The notes under the pieces are model-generated. The model had not been told where the DNA came from. It ran no database searches and worked only from the letters and a program-made list of their open reading frames with translations. Of a DNA stretch of 64,000 bases, positions 58,062 through 64,000 are shown in pieces (the first letter of the stretch is position 1; every line of letters begins with the position of its first letter). The position numbers were made by a program, and so were the translations under genes. The DNA is taken from contig CAVYCV010000008.1 of the NCBI GenBank assembly GCA_963767165.1, positions 41,978 through 105,977 of the forward strand, read 5' to 3'. The stretch comes from an uncultured Chloroflexia bacterium. Lineage in GTDB: Bacteria > Chloroflexota > Limnocylindria > Limnocylindrales > CSP1-4.

Positions 58062-59693
58062 ATGACGGAATTGACCCGCCCGATCCGCCGCCTCCTCGGC
58101 CGCCGTGAGGTGGCCCACGAGTCGGCCGCCGTCCCCACGCCCGATGACGCCGTGGCGACGACTCGGACTCCGGACGATCCCACGATCGCGGTCGACATCC
58201 CGGAGTCGGACCCGCTCCTCGCGTACCTCCAGACGGCCCCCGGACCGGTGGAGATCGCCAGGCTCGAGCTCGACTCGCCAGCTGTCCGCGCCATGCGCGA
58301 GGCGGGGGTGGCCCTCGTCGTCCCGCTCGTCTCGCAGGGCGAGCTCATCGGGACGCTCAACCTCGGACCACGCCTCTCGGAGCAGGACTACTCGACCGAC
58401 GACCGGCGACTCCTCACCACGCTGGCGGCGCAGGCCGCACCCGCCATCCGCGTCGCCCAGCTCGTCCGCGAGCAAGCCGCCGAGGCCGCGGAGCGCGAAC
58501 GACTCGAGCAGGAGATGCGGGTCGCGACGCTCATCCAGCAGCAGTTCCTGCCGCGCGAGCTGCCGAAGCTCGATCAGTGGCAGATCGCGGCCTACTACGG
58601 CCCGGCGCGCGCGGTCGGCGGCGACTTCTACGACTTCATCGAGATGCCCGATGGCCGCATCGGCATCGCCGTCGGCGACGTGACCGACAAGGGCGTGCCC
58701 GCGGCGCTGGTGATGGCCCGGACGCACTCGGTCCTGCGCGCCGAGGCATCACGATCCGACTCGCCGGGCGTCATCCTCGCCCGCGCCAACGACCTGCTCG
58801 TGCCGGAGATGCCCGCCCGGATGTTCGTGACGTGCCTCTTCGCCATCCTGGAGCCGGAGACGGGCCGCATCGTCCTCGCGAACGCCGGGCACAACCTGCC
58901 GTACGTCCGGACGGAAGACGGGGTGATCGAGCTGCGCGCGACCGGGATGCCGCTCGGGCTCATGCCCGGGATCGTCTACGAGGAGACGGAAGGCGTCATC
59001 GATCAGGGCAGCAACGTCTTGCTCTACTCGGACGGCCTCGTCGAGGCCCACGACCCGGCGAGCCAGATGTTCGGCTTCCCGCGCCTCCGCGAGGCGATGA
59101 CGATCGACGACGCCGGCAGCGAACTGCTCGACCGATTGCTCGACGACCTGCATCGCTTCACCGGCGCGGACTGGGAGCAGGAGGACGACATCACGCTCGT
59201 CACCCTGCGCCGCGCGTCCGGCGTCGCCGGCCACGAGGGCTCGCCCGGCGGGGCGTCCGCGATCGTCACGGCCTTCTCCGTCCCGGGCGAGGAGGGGAAC
59301 GAGCGACTGGCCATGGATCGCGTCGCCGCGGCCGTGGCCGACCTCGGCCTCGCTCCGGCGCGACTCGAGCGGCTCAAGACGGCCGTGAGCGAGGCGGCGA
59401 TGAACGCGATCGAGTACGGCAGCCAGGGCGACGCGAACGTGCCGGTGGACCTCGTCGTCGAGACGACCGATGCCGACGTCGTCGTCCGCATCACCGACCG
59501 CGCCCTGTCGGGGGTCGTCCCCGACGACACCGAGACCCCCGATATCGAGCGCAAGCTCGCCGGCGAGCAGAAGCCGCGCGGCTGGGGGCTCTTCCTGATC
59601 AAGAGCATGGTGGATTCGATGGACGTGACCACCGACGGGTCGTCCCAGACCGTGACCCTGACGATGGCGCGCAAGGAGCCCAGCGATGGATGA
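58062..59693 (+). CDS. GAF-PP2C (SpoIIE/RsbU-type) serine phosphatase fused to a C-terminal HATPase_c anti-sigma-type serine kinase domain
   Basis: PP2C motifs (GDFYDF...GDVTDKGVPAAL...DGLVEA). C-terminal GHKL ATPase resembling RsbW/SpoIIAB (NAIEYG, GWGLFLIKSMVD). Confidence 0.75.
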   Translation: MTELTRPIRRLLGRREVAHESAAVPTPDDAVATTRTPDDPTIAVDIPESDPLLAYLQTAPGPVEIARLELDSPAVRAMREAGVALVVPLVSQGELIGTLNLGPRLSEQDYSTDDRRLLTTLAAQAAPAIRVAQLVREQAAEAAERERLEQEMRVATLIQQQFLPRELPKLDQWQIAAYYGPARAVGGDFYDFIEMPDGRIGIAVGDVTDKGVPAALVMARTHSVLRAEASRSDSPGVILARANDLLVPEMPARMFVTCLFAILEPETGRIVLANAGHNLPYVRTEDGVIELRATGMPLGLMPGIVYEETEGVIDQGSNVLLYSDGLVEAHDPASQMFGFPRLREAMTIDDAGSELLDRLLDDLHRFTGADWEQEDDITLVTLRRASGVAGHEGSPGGASAIVTAFSVPGEEGNERLAMDRVAAAVADLGLAPARLERLKTAVSEAAMNAIEYGSQGDANVPVDLVVETTDADVVVRITDRALSGVVPDDTETPDIERKLAGEQKPRGWGLFLIKSMVDSMDVTTDGSSQTVTLTMARKEPSDG

Positions 59694-60018
59694 CCGCACG
59701 TTCGGTGCCGAAGTGACGGAGGTGCCCGACGAGGTCCGGGTCCGTCTCAGTGGTGACCTCAATGCCCGCGCCGACGAGACCCTGGCCGGCGCTTACGCCA
59801 AGGTCGTGGACATCGGCTCACGCCGGGTCAGCCTCGACTTCGGGCATGTCGGCTACATCAACAGCACCGGGATCGCCCTCGTCGTCCGGCTGCTCGCGGA
59901 CGCCCGCCGGGACGGGCGGACGGTCCGGGCGGTCGGGCTCAACGAGCACTACCGGGAGATCTTCCGGATCACGCGGTTGTCGGACTACATGGAGATCGTG
60001 GAGGGAGATGCGGCATGA
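59686..60018 (+). CDS. STAS-domain anti-sigma-factor antagonist 1
   Basis: SpoIIAA-like fold, phospho-acceptor region YINSTGIA. Confidence 0.7.
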   Translation: MDDRTFGAEVTEVPDEVRVRLSGDLNARADETLAGAYAKVVDIGSRRVSLDFGHVGYINSTGIALVVRLLADARRDGRTVRAVGLNEHYREIFRITRLSDYMEIVEGDAA

Positions 60019-60362
60019 GCGCGACCGTCATCGAGTCGGACCTGCGAGGGTCGACCGCGATCCTGCGGATCCACGGCGACATCACGTCCGCGAGCGAGGG
60101 GGACCTCTCGGCGGCCTACGGCCGGGCGATCGACGCGGGCGCATCGACGGTGATCCTCGACTTCGCCGGGCTCGAGTACATGAACAGCGGTGGCATCGGC
60201 CTGTTGGTGACGCTCCTGGTCCGCGCCCAGCGCGGCGGTGCGCACCTGATGGCGACCGGGCTGTCCGAACACTACCGCCAGATCTTCGAGCTGACACGCC
60301 TCGACGAGGCGATCGCCATCCACCACGACGAAGCCGCGGCCGTGGCGGCCGCGTCCGCCTGA
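60015..60362 (+). CDS. STAS-domain anti-sigma-factor antagonist 2
   Basis: Paralog of antagonist 1 with YMNSGGIGLL. Overlapping start. Confidence 0.7.
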   Translation: MSATVIESDLRGSTAILRIHGDITSASEGDLSAAYGRAIDAGASTVILDFAGLEYMNSGGIGLLVTLLVRAQRGGAHLMATGLSEHYRQIFELTRLDEAIAIHHDEAAAVAAASA

Positions 60363-60382
60363 CCCGATGTGAGGAGACCGAG

Positions 60383-61126
60383 ATGAGCGATCCGCTTCCC
60401 ACCGATCAGAGCGGTCGCGACGCGGGCAACTGGGCCCGTCCCGTGGATCGCCTGTCCGCCGCCGGCGTCGAAGGCGCCAAGGTCGACTCGGTCAGCGGCA
60501 AGCGCGTGTCCGGGCCGCTCCAGGGCTTCGGCCAGCTGTGGCAGAAGACCTTCAAGGTTCGCCTGGACGGCACCCATCTTTCGCCGACCGAGCTCATCGC
60601 CACTTGGAAGGAGCGCTTCCCGACCTTCTGGCCGAGCGGTGCCCGGTTCTACGCCCCGCTCGCAGGGATCGCGCCGGGCGAGGTCGCCCTACTCGATATC
60701 CCGCCGGTGCCCGGGTCCCCGGTCAAGCTGTCGACCGGCGTCATGGTCCTCTATGCGGACGACGAGTCGTTCACGTTCACGACGCCCGAAGGCCATACCC
60801 TGTCGGCATGGATCACGTTCTCCGCGTTCCGCGATGGCGATGTCACCGTCGCCCAGGCGCAGGCCCTCGAGCGAACGTCCGACCCCTTCGACGAACTCGC
60901 GTACGTGCTCGGCGCGAACAAGATGAACGACCGGTTCTGGCGTCAGACCCTGGAGAACCTTGCGCGGCACGTGGGCGTCGCCGAGCCGGCGGTCGAGACG
61001 CAGATCGTCTGCGTCGACAAGCAGCGGCAATGGCGCCAGGCCGGCAACGTGCGCAACAGCGCCACGCTGCGGACCGCCCGACACACGCTGACGGCGCCCA
61101 TCCGCTGGGTCACCCGTCGGGGGTGA
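60383..61126 (+). CDS. conserved hypothetical protein (possibly DUF1990-like)
   Basis: GAGGAG 7 nt upstream of ATG. No motif recognised with confidence. Confidence 0.4.
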   Translation: MSDPLPTDQSGRDAGNWARPVDRLSAAGVEGAKVDSVSGKRVSGPLQGFGQLWQKTFKVRLDGTHLSPTELIATWKERFPTFWPSGARFYAPLAGIAPGEVALLDIPPVPGSPVKLSTGVMVLYADDESFTFTTPEGHTLSAWITFSAFRDGDVTVAQAQALERTSDPFDELAYVLGANKMNDRFWRQTLENLARHVGVAEPAVETQIVCVDKQRQWRQAGNVRNSATLRTARHTLTAPIRWVTRRG

Positions 61127-61139
61127 GGCCCGAACGATC

Positions 61140-62573
61140 GTGACCGCGCCGACGTTCGACGCCATCGTCGTCGGCGCCGGACCCAACGGGCTCGCCGCGG
61201 CGATCACGCTGGCCCGTGCCGGTCGCTCGGTCCGCGTCTACGAGGCCGCACCACGGGTCGGCGGGGGCACTCGGACCGAGGAGCTGACCCTGCCCGGGTT
61301 CCGCCATGACGTCTGCTCGACGATCCTGCCGCTGGCCCTCGCGTCGCCGTTCTTCCGGACCCTCGACCTGGCGAGCCGCGGCGTGGAGTTCATCTACCCG
61401 GAGGCGCCGTTCGCCCACCCCCTCGACGGCGGCATGGCGGCCGTCCTGGCGCGGTCCGTCTCGGCGACGGCAGCGGGTCTCGGCACCCACGACGGCCGGG
61501 CGTGGCGACGACTCTTCGCCCCGTTGGTCCGCTCGGCCGACGACCTCGGCGCCGAGCTCCTGCGCCCCGTCGTTCACGTACCACGCCACCCACTCCTCCT
61601 CGCGCGGTTCGGCCTGCCGGCACTGCGCTCCGCGGAGGGCCTCGCCCGCTCAGCGTTCCGCGACGAACCGGCGCGCGCGCTCTTCGCCGGCGTCGCGGCC
61701 CACGCGATGATCGCCCTCGATCGCCCGTTGAGTGCCTCGTTCGGGCTCGTGCTCGCCACCTATGCGCATGCCGTCGGCTGGCCGATGGTCCGCGGCGGCG
61801 CAGTCGCCGTCGCGGATGCGATGGCGGCGGAACTCATGGCGTGCGGCGGGGAGATCGTCACCGACCATCGCGTCATGTCGCTCGACGAGCTGCCGCGCGC
61901 GAGGGCGACGCTCCTTGACGTGACCCCGCGGCAGGCGATCGCGATCGCCGGCGACCGGCTCGACGGCCGCGTCCGGCGTCGTGCGGCACGCTTCCGCTAC
62001 GGAGCTGGGGTCTTCAAGGTCGACTGGGCCCTCGACGGTCCGGTCCCATGGGCGGCAGACGGTCCGCGCCGAGCGGCCACGGTCCACCTCGGCGGCACGC
62101 TCGCGGAGGTCGCAGCCTCCGAAGCCGAGGTCGCGGCCGGCGGTCATCCCGACCGTCCGTACGTCCTCTTCGTCCAGTACGCGCCGTGGGACCCGACCCG
62201 GGCGCCCGAGGGCAAGGCGACGGCGTGGGCCTACTGCCACGTGCCGGCCGGGTCGACGGTCGACATGACGGCGCGGATCGAGGCCCAGGTCGAACGCTTC
62301 GCGCCGGGCTTTCGCGACCGGATCCTGGCCCGCGCGACCCATTCGCCGGCCGAGATAGAGGCGCACGACGCGAACTACATCGGCGGCGACATCAACGGCG
62401 GCATCGAGGACGTCCGCCAGCTCATCTTCCGACCGTGGCCGTCCCTCGACCCGTACCGCCTTGGAGACTCCGGTCTCTACCTGTGCTCGTCCTCGACGCC
62501 GCCGGGCGGCGGCGTGCACGGCATGAGCGGGATGCTGGCCGCGCGGTCCGCCCTACGCCACGAGCTGCGCTGA
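61140..62573 (+). CDS. FAD/NAD(P)-dependent oxidoreductase, phytoene desaturase (CrtI)-like
   Basis: N-terminal FDAIVVGAGPNGLAAA dinucleotide-binding motif. CrtI-family C-terminal region. Confidence 0.7.
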   Translation: MTAPTFDAIVVGAGPNGLAAAITLARAGRSVRVYEAAPRVGGGTRTEELTLPGFRHDVCSTILPLALASPFFRTLDLASRGVEFIYPEAPFAHPLDGGMAAVLARSVSATAAGLGTHDGRAWRRLFAPLVRSADDLGAELLRPVVHVPRHPLLLARFGLPALRSAEGLARSAFRDEPARALFAGVAAHAMIALDRPLSASFGLVLATYAHAVGWPMVRGGAVAVADAMAAELMACGGEIVTDHRVMSLDELPRARATLLDVTPRQAIAIAGDRLDGRVRRRAARFRYGAGVFKVDWALDGPVPWAADGPRRAATVHLGGTLAEVAASEAEVAAGGHPDRPYVLFVQYAPWDPTRAPEGKATAWAYCHVPAGSTVDMTARIEAQVERFAPGFRDRILARATHSPAEIEAHDANYIGGDINGGIEDVRQLIFRPWPSLDPYRLGDSGLYLCSSSTPPGGGVHGMSGMLAARSALRHELR

Positions 62574-63266
62574 AGCCTCGTCGTCCGTGCCGCCGAGCTC
62601 GCGGCGCAGCCAAAGGCCGAGGATGAGGGCCCCGACCGCCGGCACGGCCGTCCACGCGGTGAACACCAGCAGGGTGACCGTGATGATCGCCTGCACGTCG
62701 GCCACCGTCCCGATGCCGGCATCCAGGCGATCCGCCAGATCCCCGAGACGCACCCCGAGCGAGGTCATCGCCGCGGCGTTCGCCTCCAACGACGATCGAT
62801 TGCCGAGCAGGCTGTCGCTGACCGTGTCGAGTCTCGTGTCGAGACCGTCGAGCCCGGAACTGATCCCGGCGACGACGTCGGCTGCGTTCGCGAGGGGCTG
62901 ATTGCCGAGGATGTTGATCGAGCGGAACTGGCCCTCGAGGTCGGCGAGCCGCGGCTGGACCGACCGGACCGTGTCGGCGGCCTGAGCGACCGTCGCCGCG
63001 GTCGCGCTCAGAGTGCCGCCGAAGGACTCGGCGGTCGCGCCGGTGACGGTCAGGAGGTTCGCGGTCTCATCGAGCGACGCGATCACGGCGTCGACCTGGA
63101 CCTGGGCCCGTTGAGCCAGCGCATCGATGCGGCCGCCGACCCAGACGAGGGCGGCCAACCCGAGCAGCGCGACGATCAGCCCGATGGCGCCGTACACCAG
63201 CAAACCCGTCGAGAGCCGGCGCAGGCCGGATCGGAGGCCAGGGGGCCGTTCCGGGCTTGCGCTCAC
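62553..63266 (-). CDS. bitopic membrane protein with coiled-coil extracytoplasmic region
   Basis: GTG overlapping the MBL gene stop (GTGA). TM helices at both ends. Confidence 0.4.
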   Translation of the reverse strand: MSASPERPPGLRSGLRRLSTGLLVYGAIGLIVALLGLAALVWVGGRIDALAQRAQVQVDAVIASLDETANLLTVTGATAESFGGTLSATAATVAQAADTVRSVQPRLADLEGQFRSINILGNQPLANAADVVAGISSGLDGLDTRLDTVSDSLLGNRSSLEANAAAMTSLGVRLGDLADRLDAGIGTVADVQAIITVTLLVFTAWTAVPAVGALILGLWLRRELGGTDDEASAQLVA

Positions 63267-64000
63267 CCGCGGTACTCGAAGTGGTCGCCGATGGCGGTCG
63301 GGATGCTGCGGACCGCCGGCATCAGCTCGGCCACGAACGCGGTGAAGTCGCGCGGTGGCTCGACCAGCCGCCTCGGATACACCCGGCCCATCGCATGCGG
63401 CCAGTACGTGCCCCAGTGGATGGGCATGACGGCGTGAGGCCGGATGAGCCGCAACGCGTCGACCGCGCTCAGCGGGTCGAGATGGCGTCCGCGTCCCAGC
63501 GTCGGGCCCCATCCCCAGATCGGCAAGAGGGCGAGATCGACCGTACCGGCAAGATCGGCCATCGTGGGGAAGAGGTCGGTGTCGCCGGCGAAGTAGACGG
63601 ACTGGCTGCCGCGAAGCACGAAGCCGAGTGTACCGGCGGCCGGTCCCAGCGGCGGTCGGTATCCGGAATGGCGCGCGGGCACCCCATCGATGCGCACGCC
63701 ACCCACCTCGATCGACTCGCCGGGCAACAGCTCGCGGACGTCGGGGAAGCCGGCGGCCCGAAGCCAGTCGCCTGACCCGTTCGGCGCGACGATCGGGACA
63801 TGCGACCCGAGGAGCCGGAGCGATGGGATGTCGAGGTGATCCCAGTGGAGATGGGAGATGAGGACGAGATCGATGCCGGCGAGTCGCCGACGATCCGGGA
63901 CCGGGACGACGCGACGGAGCGGTCCGATCCGTGCCCGCGTCGCGGGGTCGGTCAGGACCCGTAGCCCATCGAGCTCGATGACCGCCGCGGCATGCCCGAT
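63263..64000 (-). CDS. MBL-fold metallo-hydrolase, 5' end beyond window
   Basis: SHLHWDHL (HxHxDH) motif from translating the minus strand to the window edge. Confidence 0.7.
   Translation of the reverse strand: MGHAAAVIELDGLRVLTDPATRARIGPLRRVVPVPDRRRLAGIDLVLISHLHWDHLDIPSLRLLGSHVPIVAPNGSGDWLRAAGFPDVRELLPGESIEVGGVRIDGVPARHSGYRPPLGPAAGTLGFVLRGSQSVYFAGDTDLFPTMADLAGTVDLALLPIWGWGPTLGRGRHLDPLSAVDALRLIRPHAVMPIHWGTYWPHAMGRVYPRRLVEPPRDFTAFVAELMPAVRSIPTAIGDHFEYRG

Overview
The window is a very high-GC (about 72%), gene-dense chromosomal segment of actinobacterial character. Supporting signs are a UPF0182 membrane protein, a DUF3048 protein, an F420/FMN split-barrel protein, a SigK/RskA-type ECF pair, an AfsR/SARP regulator, and frequent 1-4 nt start/stop overlaps (ATGA/GTGA/TGATG). 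I found no rRNA, no convincing tRNA and no CRISPR array. I support about 60 protein genes.

Main blocks:
- 1-14957, cell-envelope glycopolymer locus. ABC-2 exporter permease and ATPase, a hexapeptide acetyltransferase with a C-terminal zinc ribbon, an unusual 15-residue-repeat tail-anchored protein, a DUF3048 protein, a GT1 plus Ppm1-like GT2 pair, two large secreted FlgD-Ig-repeat hydrolases (GH18-like; caspase-fold peptidase-like), and a complete rmlA-rmlB-rmlD-rmlC dTDP-rhamnose operon.
- 14984-16125. Two perfect ~181-bp direct repeats flank a single XRE regulator gene, exactly where mreD would be expected downstream of mreB-mreC.
- 19523-38468, a ~19-kb run almost entirely on the minus strand. 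radC, a CPBP protease, three zinc-ribbon/membrane proteins, UPF0182, guaA, truncated haemoglobin, tandem small membrane paralogs, SRPBCC, an F420/FMN split-barrel protein, an S33 peptidase, guaB-like, Nudix, DinB_2 and darA.
- 38527-49477. A GAF-GGDEF cyclase divergent from darA, rskA/sigK, tmk, a frameshifted rcnA-type Ni/Co efflux gene, tldD/pmbA, a DUF4328 protein and a cysteine-desulfurase-like protein.
- 50328-60362. An AfsR/SARP regulator, then four tandem paralogous polytopic membrane 'sensor modules' with no output domain, directly upstream of a GAF-PP2C-HATPase_c fusion and two STAS antagonists. This last unit is my best candidate for an undescribed signalling system.

Two probable frameshifts (a lipoprotein gene and rcnA) and several repeat or operator-like elements are flagged in the findings.
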